Both the position numbers and the translations under genes were made by a program. Below are positions 19,956 to 28,642 of a stretch of 64,000 bases of DNA, piece by piece. The DNA lies in assembly GCA_963802145.1 (NCBI GenBank), contig CAWDHN010000012.1, forward strand, positions 291,567 to 355,566, read 5' to 3'. The notes under the pieces were generated by a model. That model saw nothing but the letters and a program-made list of their open reading frames with translations, was not told the DNA's origin and searched no databases. Each line of letters begins with the position of its first letter. Within the stretch, counting starts at the first letter, position 1. The stretch is from an uncultured Rikenellaceae bacterium (GTDB lineage Bacteria; Bacteroidota; Bacteroidia; Bacteroidales; VadinHA17).

Positions 19956-21069
19956 GGCCATCTGTCAGGCATGCCTGATTGCAACGGTTATAATTTTCGC
20001 TTCAGGGATAGCTTTTGCCCAGGATTCCTCACATCCGGGACAATCTGTCAAAATCGGATTGCTTATACAGGATAGCAGCTGGACTTCAGCAGTTCATGGA
20101 GCTGAGCTTGCCATCAGTGATGCAAACAGAAACGGCAGCTCAAACGGCAGTATGTTTCAGCTTGTTGTCAGGTCAATGGAAGGCCCGTGGGGAACCGGAT
20201 CAAAACAGGCGGTCAGCCTTATTTTTGAAGAGAGAGTGGGGGCTCTTGTTGGCATTCATGACGGACGAAATGCCCACCTGGTTGAACAGGCGGCCACAAA
20301 ATCGCAGGTGGTTTTCCTTTCGGCATGGCCTGGTGACCCTACCCTGTCGCAGGCATTCGTTCCCTGGTTCTTTAACTGTGTCCCGAATGACAACCAGCAG
20401 GCAGCTGCAATATTTAAAGAAATATATGAAATAAGGAGATATCGGAATATAGTTGTTGTTCATGATAAGGAATACGATTCCGAGAAGAGCTTTTCCAGCT
20501 TCATTAATATCATCAAAACGTCAGGAAAACCTGAACCGTTGCAATTCAATACTGAAGATTATGACCAGAAGACAGATGCTCTGGCTGATAAAATAGGCGA
20601 TTCAGATGCGGACTGTCTTATACTCTTTTGCGGGCCTCCGGTTTCATTAGAATTAACCAGGCAAATAAAAAAGAAAAATTATCTCCTTCCGGTTTTTGGT
20701 CCGATAGCCCTGCTGAATGAGAATATACTTTCATCCGGGGAATTGAAGGAGTTCGACAATGTGTTTTCAGTTCCTGCAGATAAATGGCCGGATGCGGAAA
20801 ACCGGAAATTCAGGAGGGAATTCGAAACAAAATATGGATACGTGCCAGGAATGGTTGCTACATATTCATATGACTGCGTGAGAGTACTTATTGAGGCTAT
20901 AAATCAATCAGGAAATTCCGATCGCGAGATGATACAGAATTCTCTGAAGAATATCCGCTTCAACGGTTTAACCGGGCCAGTTCAGTTTGATGATAAAGGC
21001 AACAGAATGGGAAAATTCGAAATGATGAAAACAAGGAACGGCCTTCCCGTCACCTTCAAAACTGATTAA
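19942..21069 (+). CDS. Second periplasmic substrate-binding protein, LivK/Peripla_BP_6 type (orphan)
   Basis: Signal peptide ([27 protein letters not shown]). SBP features ([52 protein letters not shown]). The ATG at 19942 overlaps the DAHPS stop by 14 nt. Confidence 0.72.
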   Translation: MRLSKAICQACLIATVIIFASGIAFAQDSSHPGQSVKIGLLIQDSSWTSAVHGAELAISDANRNGSSNGSMFQLVVRSMEGPWGTGSKQAVSLIFEERVGALVGIHDGRNAHLVEQAATKSQVVFLSAWPGDPTLSQAFVPWFFNCVPNDNQQAAAIFKEIYEIRRYRNIVVVHDKEYDSEKSFSSFINIIKTSGKPEPLQFNTEDYDQKTDALADKIGDSDADCLILFCGPPVSLELTRQIKKKNYLLPVFGPIALLNENILSSGELKEFDNVFSVPADKWPDAENRKFRREFETKYGYVPGMVATYSYDCVRVLIEAINQSGNSDREMIQNSLKNIRFNGLTGPVQFDDKGNRMGKFEMMKTRNGLPVTFKTD

Positions 21070-21092
21070 GTTTAATTTGCTAATTTGGTGGC

Positions 21093-24000
21093 ATGAAAAA
21101 GTATTGTCTCTTTGTAGTGACCACTCTCCTCATCACATTATTTACGGGATGCAGGAACAGTGGTGAAAAATCCACGCAAAAATCGACGGATCTGATTACA
21201 GCCAGAACACTTGGGCTGGCATATCTTGAGGAGTTTAAGCTGGAAGAGGCTGAAAAGGAATTCCTGAAGTTCATTGATCTGGCCCCCGATGATAAGTTTG
21301 GCTATGCAAATCTCGGTCTTACTTACTTAAGGATGGCTAATTATCCGGATGCAGAAAAAGCACTCGCCAAAGCAATAAAGATCGATCCCAAAGATCCGGA
21401 TGTCAGGCTTATCCTGGCCACTGTATATAAAATGAACAATGAGCGTGAAAAGGCTATTAAAGAACTGTTAAGTGCACTTGAGTTTGCTCCTGATCATAAA
21501 AAAATACTTTACGAGATTTCCGAGTTGTATTCCACCCAGCCTGACGAAGATTCATGGAAACAACGCGAGAACTATATTGAAATACTTGTCCGGAATGCAC
21601 CCGATAATCTTGTCCCGCGCCTCAACCTTACAGATATCCTCATCAGGAAAGGTGAATTCGATAAGGCAGTTGAGCAGATGGAGATAATCAATAAGCAGTT
21701 TCCGGAATTCCCCAGGGAGGCTGTTGAATACTTTGACAAGACGCTCTCCTTACTGAGAAAAAAGGATAGGGAAAATGCAATTATCCAGTTTACTATTTTT
21801 CATAATTATCTGAAAGTTACCCCCCCTTACCAGGCCGGGATCATGGATCTGAAGGGCCCCGGAGGATCCCTTATCGGATTTCCGGTCATAACTTTCGACA
21901 GACGGGGTCCTTCATCCGGTAATGAAGAAAACAGGTCGCTGCTCGATATTATCAGATTTACCAATGTGGCTGCGGGAGCCGGTCTGGACATAATTCCGCG
22001 AACCGAAGAGGGTACCAATGCGGAATTCAGGTTTTCGTCCCACGTCGTAACATGCGATTATGACGGCGACGGAGATATTGATATCTATGCCGGCAGCTAT
22101 GATCCGGCATCCTCATCATATAAGCATTTTTTGCTCAGAAACGACATGGGCAAATATGCTGATGTGACCCGGGAAGCAGGCCTGAATCATTCCGGAATTG
22201 AAGCATCTGCAGCTTTTGCCGACTTTGATAATGACGGTTTCCCCGATCTGTTTGTTATGAAGGAGGGGGGCGACATGCTCTACAGAAATACAGGAAAGGG
22301 CACCTTTGAAGATATAACAGCCAGATCAAAGGCAGGCAGCAGGACCGGGGGTAAAAAGGCTCTTTTCTTCGATATGGATCACGACGGTGATCTGGATCTT
22401 TTTGAGATACTTCCGCAGTCGAATCTCTATCTGAGAAATAATTCAGACGGGACATTTGAGGATCAGTCTGCAAAACTTGGCCCGCAGACCGCAGGAATTA
22501 TTTCCACAGCCGCAGCTTTCGGAGATTTTGATGATGACGAGGATATCGACTTCATTGTTGTCAGTAAAAACTCAGATGTCTGCCTGTATTCAAATCAGAG
22601 ACAGGGCGTTTTCAGGGATATTGCTGCCGAAAGCGGACTGAAAGGGTATGAAGGAGCCGGGGCGGTTGCTGTAGGTGATTATAATAACGACGGATATCTT
22701 GACCTCTTTATCGGTTCTCTCACCGGAGAAAATCATGCGCTGTTAAGGAACCTGCGAAACGGCACTTTTGAGAAGGAGAAGAATAATTCAGAAATGCTCC
22801 GGTCACTTGAAAAGGTAAATGTCTTCGATGCTTCATTCATAGATTTCAATAATGACGGATTCCTGGATATTCTCGCGGCAGGAGAAGCACAGGGGATGGA
22901 TGGTCGCGGGATCAATCTCATTTACAATGACGGAAAAGGAAATTTCAGGAATGTTTCAGAATTATTGCCGTCTGAAGTAAAATCAGGAAAACAGACAGCA
23001 ATTTTCGATTATAACGATGACGGTGACCTCGATGCGCTGATTGCCGGAATAAATGGCGGAGTTGCCCTGCTAAGGAATGACGGCGGGAATAACAACCATT
23101 TTATAACAATGAAGCTGGTGGGACTGAGAGCAGGCAGCGCAAAAAATAACTACTTCGGCATCGGAGCGAAAGTCGAAATGCGTGCCGGCGATCTCTATGA
23201 AACAATGGTTGTAACCAATCCCAATATCCACTTTGGGATAGGCAGCAATTCGAGAGCCGATATCATCAGGATCAGATGGACTAACGGAGTGCCTCAGAAC
23301 ATTTTCATGCCGGTATCAGACCAGTCACTGGTAGAGCAGCAGACCCTCAAGGGTTCATGTCCTTTCCTCTATGGATGGAACGGGGAGGAATATGTTTTTG
23401 TGAAGGATATCTTATGGAGAAGCGCTCTCGGGATGCCGACCGGAATAATGGGCGGCACCACCTCATATGCCTTTGCTGATGCCTCGGATGATTATCTGAA
23501 AATTCCGGGCGAGATGCTGAAGCAGAACAATGGGAATTATATTATCCAGGTCACATCCGAACTCTGGGAAACCATTTACATTGACGAACTTGAACTTGTT
23601 GCAGTGGACCACCCCGATTCACTTGATATATTTGTTCCTGAACAATTTGGTCCTCCTCCCTTCCCGGGACCGAAAATCCTTACCGTTAAAGAGAAACATG
23701 CACCGGTATCAGCCGTGGATTCGGAAGGGAATGACGTGCTTTCCTTTATATCCCGGAAAGATGACATCTATCTTGCAGGTTTCAAACCGGGCAAATACCA
23801 GGGAATAACTGAAATGAGGGACCTTATAATTGATCCCGGGCAAATTGATGTGTCAGGAAGATTTTATCTTTTTATGAATGGATGGATCTTCCCGACCGAT
23901 GCAAGCATAAACGTGGCAATATCACAATCAGATGACATCAAAGTGACTCCTCCTTTAATCCAGGTTTTGAATAAAAAGGGTGAGTGGGTGACAGTGACCG

Positions 24001-24665
24001 GCAGTGTTGGGTTTCCGATGGGGAAAGATAAAACCGTAATAGCCGATCTTTCGGGCAAATTCCTGTCAGAAGACCACCGGGTAAGGATCAGGACAAATAT
24101 GGAAATATACTGGGACCAGATCTTTTTCGCTGAAGATCTGCCCGATGCTCCTGTTGTAAATAATGCTCTCAGTCCTTCATCTGCTGATCTTCACTTCAGG
24201 GGATTCTCTGAGCCATTCAGAAAAGGAAGCCGTTACGGACCTCACTGGTTCGATTATTCTGTTGTTGAAAAGGGACCGAAATGGAGAGACCTGACAGGAA
24301 ATTATACGCGGTTCGGTGATGTCCTGCCACTTCTGTCAGAGTCGGATAACAAATATATTATAACAAATGCCGGCGATGAGACTACTGTAAGCTTCTCTGC
24401 TGCGGAATTACCTCCCTTACCGGAAGGATGGAAGCGGGACTTCCTTATCCGAAGCGTCGGATGGGTTAAAGACGGAGACCTGAACACCGCTTTCGGCAGC
24501 ACGGTTCTGCCTCTGCCGTTCCATGGAATGAAAAGCTACCCTCCGTCAGAAAGCGATACTTACCCGGATACTCCTGATTTGCAGAAATATAACCGGGAGT
24601 ATAATACAAGGGTGGTAACAGCGGATGAATATTTAAATGCGTTAAGAGTAAATGATAAAAAATAG
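21093..24665 (+). CDS. Large lipoprotein: TPR repeats, FG-GAP/VCBS repeats, an ASPIC/UnbV domain and a C-terminal region of about 480 aa with unknown function (CRTAC1 family)
   Basis: Lipobox (LFTGC). TPR-like N-terminus (YANLGLTYLRMANYPDAEKALAKAIKIDPKD). FG-GAP motifs (CDYDGDGDIDIY, ADFDNDGFPDLF, FDMDHDGDLDLF, GDFDDDEDIDFI, GDYNNDGYLDLF, IDFNNDGFLDIL, FDYNDDGDLDAL). UnbV-type segment (GIGAKVEMRAGDLYETMVV..IRIRWTNG). Confidence 0.85.
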   Translation: MKKYCLFVVTTLLITLFTGCRNSGEKSTQKSTDLITARTLGLAYLEEFKLEEAEKEFLKFIDLAPDDKFGYANLGLTYLRMANYPDAEKALAKAIKIDPKDPDVRLILATVYKMNNEREKAIKELLSALEFAPDHKKILYEISELYSTQPDEDSWKQRENYIEILVRNAPDNLVPRLNLTDILIRKGEFDKAVEQMEIINKQFPEFPREAVEYFDKTLSLLRKKDRENAIIQFTIFHNYLKVTPPYQAGIMDLKGPGGSLIGFPVITFDRRGPSSGNEENRSLLDIIRFTNVAAGAGLDIIPRTEEGTNAEFRFSSHVVTCDYDGDGDIDIYAGSYDPASSSYKHFLLRNDMGKYADVTREAGLNHSGIEASAAFADFDNDGFPDLFVMKEGGDMLYRNTGKGTFEDITARSKAGSRTGGKKALFFDMDHDGDLDLFEILPQSNLYLRNNSDGTFEDQSAKLGPQTAGIISTAAAFGDFDDDEDIDFIVVSKNSDVCLYSNQRQGVFRDIAAESGLKGYEGAGAVAVGDYNNDGYLDLFIGSLTGENHALLRNLRNGTFEKEKNNSEMLRSLEKVNVFDASFIDFNNDGFLDILAAGEAQGMDGRGINLIYNDGKGNFRNVSELLPSEVKSGKQTAIFDYNDDGDLDALIAGINGGVALLRNDGGNNNHFITMKLVGLRAGSAKNNYFGIGAKVEMRAGDLYETMVVTNPNIHFGIGSNSRADIIRIRWTNGVPQNIFMPVSDQSLVEQQTLKGSCPFLYGWNGEEYVFVKDILWRSALGMPTGIMGGTTSYAFADASDDYLKIPGEMLKQNNGNYIIQVTSELWETIYIDELELVAVDHPDSLDIFVPEQFGPPPFPGPKILTVKEKHAPVSAVDSEGNDVLSFISRKDDIYLAGFKPGKYQGITEMRDLIIDPGQIDVSGRFYLFMNGWIFPTDASINVAISQSDDIKVTPPLIQVLNKKGEWVTVTGSVGFPMGKDKTVIADLSGKFLSEDHRVRIRTNMEIYWDQIFFAEDLPDAPVVNNALSPSSADLHFRGFSEPFRKGSRYGPHWFDYSVVEKGPKWRDLTGNYTRFGDVLPLLSESDNKYIITNAGDETTVSFSAAELPPLPEGWKRDFLIRSVGWVKDGDLNTAFGSTVLPLPFHGMKSYPPSESDTYPDTPDLQKYNREYNTRVVTADEYLNALRVNDKK

Positions 24666-26349
24666 CTTTGCGAACTCTGCGACTTTGTTGCGGACTTTCA
24701 GGTTAAAATGGATCTTCTGTATCAGCCTGGTATTTGTCTCTTATTCCATGACAGCCCAGAAGCGGGTAATCAGATTCACTGATGTCACAAAACGGTCCGG
24801 CATAGATTTCATATATACATTCGGAGATCTCTCCTATAAAAACATTATTGAAAGCAGCGGGTCTGGAATCACAGTATTCGATTACAACAACGACAATCTG
24901 ATGGATCTGTTCATGATGAACGGAACCTGGCTTGAAGGCATATCTGATCCGGACGGGAAGAAATTCATCAACACTCCCGACAGGCTCTACAGAAACAATG
25001 GCAACGGAACATTTACCGAGGTCGCTGAAAAGGCAGGAGTCAATGATACCAACTGGAGCATGGCTGCCGGAGCAATAGATTATGATAATGACGGAGACCA
25101 GGATCTCTACCTGCTTAATTATGGTCCGAATGTTTTCTTCAGGAATAATGGCAACGGAACATTTACTGACATTACAAAGCTTACAGGCCTCCGTGGTCCG
25201 GACAAGTTAAACGGATTTGTAAAATGGAGCATCGGAGTCTCCTTCTGGGACTATAACCTCGACGGCAGGCTTGACGCCATGGTCGGGAATTTCCTCGCGT
25301 TCGATCCGGATTACTTTACACCCACGACCCCCGATCTGATGCCTCAACCATCAGAATATAAAGGTCAGGCTTCGATGCTGTATGAACAACAGCCTGACGG
25401 AACATTCAAAGATGTCACCGAAAAGAACGGATTGTATTATCCCGATTCAAAATGCATGGGCCTTACTGTATTTGATTATGATGATGACGGGGACCTTGAT
25501 ATTTTTCAGGCCAATGATCACCATCTGAACTACATGTTCAGGAACGATAATGGTGTCTACAGGGAGGTTGGCGTTGAAATAGGCGTGGCTGCCAACAGCC
25601 ATGGCATAGGGACCGGTTCAATGCATGGAACAATAGGTGATGTTGACGGTGACGGATTAATTGACATCCTTGTCGTTGATCTTTCATACGGAGCCCTTTA
25701 CAGGAACAAAGGCAATGGATTCTTTGAAGACATTACCGCATCAAGCGGTATCCAGGTGCCTCTGGCAGGGAAGGGAGGTTGGGCTTCCGCCTTCATTGAT
25801 TTTGACAATGACGGTGACCTCGATATAGTATCGGCAAACGGCACGGCAGAGGAGCTCATTCTGCAATACCCGCTCCTGCTTGAGAATGACGGGAAAGGAC
25901 ATTTCAGGGATACGGGAAAGGAGTATGGAGAATATTTCAGAACGAAACGTTCGGGCAGGGGACTTGCCGTGTGGGATTATGATAATGACGGAGATATGGA
26001 TATCATTGTATCGCATGTCGATCTTAACGGAACTGCAGCGCTTCTCCGAAACGACGGAGGGAATTCGAATCACTGGCTTGGCCTTACATTGAAAGGCAGC
26101 AAGGGACCGGCCTCAGCAATAGCCGCCAAGGTGGTCGCAACAGCCGGGGGGAAGAGACAGGTACTTGTCAATCAATGGACAACAGGCTATCTGAGCAATA
26201 ATGATCCCAGGCTGCATATAGGGCTGGGAAGTGCAAAATCAATCGATACTCTTGAAATATTCTGGACAGGAGGCAAGAAAGAGGTTTTTTACAATGTACC
26301 TGCTGACAGATATATTACAATAATGGAAGGAAAGGGAATTTTAAAGTAA
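24652..26349 (+). CDS. CRTAC1-family FG-GAP/VCBS-repeat protein with an ASPIC/UnbV C-terminus
   Basis: Signal-like N-terminus. Motifs FDYNNDNLMDLF, IDYDNDGDQDLY, WDYNLDGRLDAM, FDYDDDGDLDIF, GDVDGDGLIDIL, IDFDNDGDLDIV, WDYDNDGDMDII. C-terminus AAKVVATAGGKRQVLVNQWTTGYLSNNDPRLHIGL..LEIFWTGG. It overlaps the upstream gene by 14 nt. Confidence 0.85.
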   Translation: MIKNSFANSATLLRTFRLKWIFCISLVFVSYSMTAQKRVIRFTDVTKRSGIDFIYTFGDLSYKNIIESSGSGITVFDYNNDNLMDLFMMNGTWLEGISDPDGKKFINTPDRLYRNNGNGTFTEVAEKAGVNDTNWSMAAGAIDYDNDGDQDLYLLNYGPNVFFRNNGNGTFTDITKLTGLRGPDKLNGFVKWSIGVSFWDYNLDGRLDAMVGNFLAFDPDYFTPTTPDLMPQPSEYKGQASMLYEQQPDGTFKDVTEKNGLYYPDSKCMGLTVFDYDDDGDLDIFQANDHHLNYMFRNDNGVYREVGVEIGVAANSHGIGTGSMHGTIGDVDGDGLIDILVVDLSYGALYRNKGNGFFEDITASSGIQVPLAGKGGWASAFIDFDNDGDLDIVSANGTAEELILQYPLLLENDGKGHFRDTGKEYGEYFRTKRSGRGLAVWDYDNDGDMDIIVSHVDLNGTAALLRNDGGNSNHWLGLTLKGSKGPASAIAAKVVATAGGKRQVLVNQWTTGYLSNNDPRLHIGLGSAKSIDTLEIFWTGGKKEVFYNVPADRYITIMEGKGILK

Positions 26350-26361
26350 AACCCATAAAGT

Positions 26362-27690
26362 ATGAATAATCAATACATAAACAAGGTGGTCGATCTGACC
26401 AATCCAGCAAAGAATACAATTTATAACATGACGCATGAGGAAGCCGTTGAAGCTGTCAGGTCAGGAAACACAGAAGCGGTCAGGAAGATAGATGGTCAGT
26501 TTTCACTTGTCTCCGTCGATGGGAAAACTATCCGGATGGCAAGGTCTATTGGCCGTCCGATCCGTTATTTCATCGCTAAAGTACCGGCCGGACCACAACT
26601 GGTGATTGCCGAACGGATTGATGTCATTTACGAGTATCTTAAGCAGGAAGGTCTTGATCACCAGTTCCATCCCTCTTATACAAGGATGGCCCCTGCGCAC
26701 TATATAACAAAAATAGAACTCCTGGGCTGTCCCGATCCCAACCCGGTATATGAAAGGTTCTTTAAACCGGAGAGAAACAAATACTCTTCTTCAGATATTT
26801 CCCGGTTAGGTGAACTTTACATAAGAACACTTTATAATGAAATAAAGAAATGGCTGAGGTTCCGTGCCAGTGCCGGACCCGTTGGCATTACCTTTTCAGC
26901 CGGAGTTGACAGCGGGGCTCTTTTCCTCCTGACTTACCAGGCTCTCAGGGAACTTGGCGAAAGCCCGTCGAGGCTTAAAGCCTTTACACTTAGTATCGAC
27001 GGAGGGGGCGAGGATCTGGCACAGGCCAGGAAATTCCTCGATGACCTGGATCTGGGATTTTTCCTTGAAGTAATTGAAGCAGATTATTCAAGTCTCGACT
27101 GGAAGAAAACCGTAAAAGTTGTTGAGGATTACAAACCTCTTGACATACAGTCAGCTACAATGAACATGGCGCTTTTGCGAGGCATACGTTCCCGGTATCC
27201 GGACTGGAAATATATGATTGACGGCGACGGTGGGAATGAAAACCTGAAGGATTATCCCATCGAAGAGAATCCGGAACTTACGATCCGGAGTGTGCTGAAC
27301 AACCTGATGCTTTACCATGAAGGATGGGGAGTCGATTCAATAAAACACTCACTCACCTACTCCGGAGGACTCAGCAGGGGATTTATGAGGACATATACCA
27401 CAGGCGAAAGCCTTGGCTTTGAATCTTTCAGTCCCTATACGTTGCCAAATGTAATTGAAGTCTCGGAAGGCATTCCATTCATAGATATCACTGACTGGGA
27501 TCATAATAAGCTGTATGATCTTAAGGGACAGATTGTTTCTGACGGAGTGAAAGCAGTCACGGGAATGGCCATGCCTGTATTTCCCAAGAGGCGTTTTCAG
27601 CATGGGGCAGCTTCGGGAGATGCCTTCAGAAACCATTTTCCTGAAAAGGAGATAGCCTACCGGAAAGAGTTTCTTTCACAATATGAATGA
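26362..27690 (+). CDS. Asparagine-synthetase-B-like PP-loop ATP-dependent amidoligase lacking the N-terminal Cys nucleophile
   Basis: PP-loop-like SAGVDS at nt 26896-26913 (GITFSAGVDSGALFLLT). The N-terminal region resembles a degenerate AsnB glutaminase fold (IDGQFSLVSVDGKTIRMARSIGRPIRYF). The protein starts MNNQY, so it has no Cys2. No signal peptide. Confidence 0.55.
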   Translation: MNNQYINKVVDLTNPAKNTIYNMTHEEAVEAVRSGNTEAVRKIDGQFSLVSVDGKTIRMARSIGRPIRYFIAKVPAGPQLVIAERIDVIYEYLKQEGLDHQFHPSYTRMAPAHYITKIELLGCPDPNPVYERFFKPERNKYSSSDISRLGELYIRTLYNEIKKWLRFRASAGPVGITFSAGVDSGALFLLTYQALRELGESPSRLKAFTLSIDGGGEDLAQARKFLDDLDLGFFLEVIEADYSSLDWKKTVKVVEDYKPLDIQSATMNMALLRGIRSRYPDWKYMIDGDGGNENLKDYPIEENPELTIRSVLNNLMLYHEGWGVDSIKHSLTYSGGLSRGFMRTYTTGESLGFESFSPYTLPNVIEVSEGIPFIDITDWDHNKLYDLKGQIVSDGVKAVTGMAMPVFPKRRFQHGAASGDAFRNHFPEKEIAYRKEFLSQYE

Positions 27691-28630
27691 CGATCCCGGG
27701 TTCGTTATCGATGACCGGTGGATATTGTCCATACGGGGGGAGAAGAACGCCGTTGACCCGCGCAAACCATATGCATGGCTGGTTGAGAAAGAACGCACCG
27801 CGTCAGGAATAATAGAGGATACAGCGATTATTTTTCTCACAAACAGGGAATGTCCGTTCCGTTGCCTGATGTGTGATCTGTGGAAAAACACCACCGATGA
27901 TTCTGTGCCGGGAGGGGCTATCCCTGAGCAGATTGAATGGGCTTTAAAACAACTGCCTGCAGCAAGGAACCTTAAACTATATAACAGCGGAAGCTTTTTT
28001 GATGAGAGAGCCATACCTGCAGAGGATTATAAAAGCATTGCATCACTTGTCAGCGATTTTGAGACAGTTATTGTAGAAAGCCATCCCAGGCTGATCAATG
28101 AAAAATGTCTGAATTTCAGAAAAATGCTTAAACCTGATTTACAGGTTGCTCTTGGTCTCGAAACCGTACATGCCGGGGTGCTCAGGAAACTCAATAAACA
28201 AATGACCCCGGAGGATTTCAGTAAAGCGGTCAGTTATCTTAAGCAGCATGACATACTGTCAAGGGCGTTTATTCTGCTGAGACCTCCCTTCCTTTCGGAA
28301 TCAGAAGGCATCTTCTGGGCAGAAAGGTCAATCGATTTTGCCTTCAGTGCCGGAGTGGAATGCTGCACGGTTATTCCTGTGCGGGCAGGTAACGGGGCAA
28401 TGGATCTGTTAATGGAAAAAAACTGCTTTGAACAGCCAGATATCCGCTCCCTGGAAACAGTCCTGGAATATGGTATCAGGCTCAATGCAGGTCGTGTTTT
28501 TGCAGATGTGTGGGATTTGGAAATGTTTTCCGGTTGTAAGAAATGTCTCGATGAAAGGACCAACCGGTTAATTGCCTTAAATCTGAACCAGGAAATAACC
28601 GGTCCGGTAAGATGTACATGCAGCTCGTAA
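27683..28630 (+). CDS. Radical SAM enzyme
   Basis: CX3CX2C at nt 27851-27874 (NRECPFRCLMCDLW). TIM-barrel-type continuation (LKLYNSGSFFD, VIVESHP, LGLETVHAGVLRKLNK). It overlaps the AsnB-like gene by 8 nt. I cannot assign a subfamily by eye. Confidence 0.8.
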   Translation: MNDDPGFVIDDRWILSIRGEKNAVDPRKPYAWLVEKERTASGIIEDTAIIFLTNRECPFRCLMCDLWKNTTDDSVPGGAIPEQIEWALKQLPAARNLKLYNSGSFFDERAIPAEDYKSIASLVSDFETVIVESHPRLINEKCLNFRKMLKPDLQVALGLETVHAGVLRKLNKQMTPEDFSKAVSYLKQHDILSRAFILLRPPFLSESEGIFWAERSIDFAFSAGVECCTVIPVRAGNGAMDLLMEKNCFEQPDIRSLETVLEYGIRLNAGRVFADVWDLEMFSGCKKCLDERTNRLIALNLNQEITGPVRCTCSS

Positions 28631-28642
28631 TGGCGAGAACAA

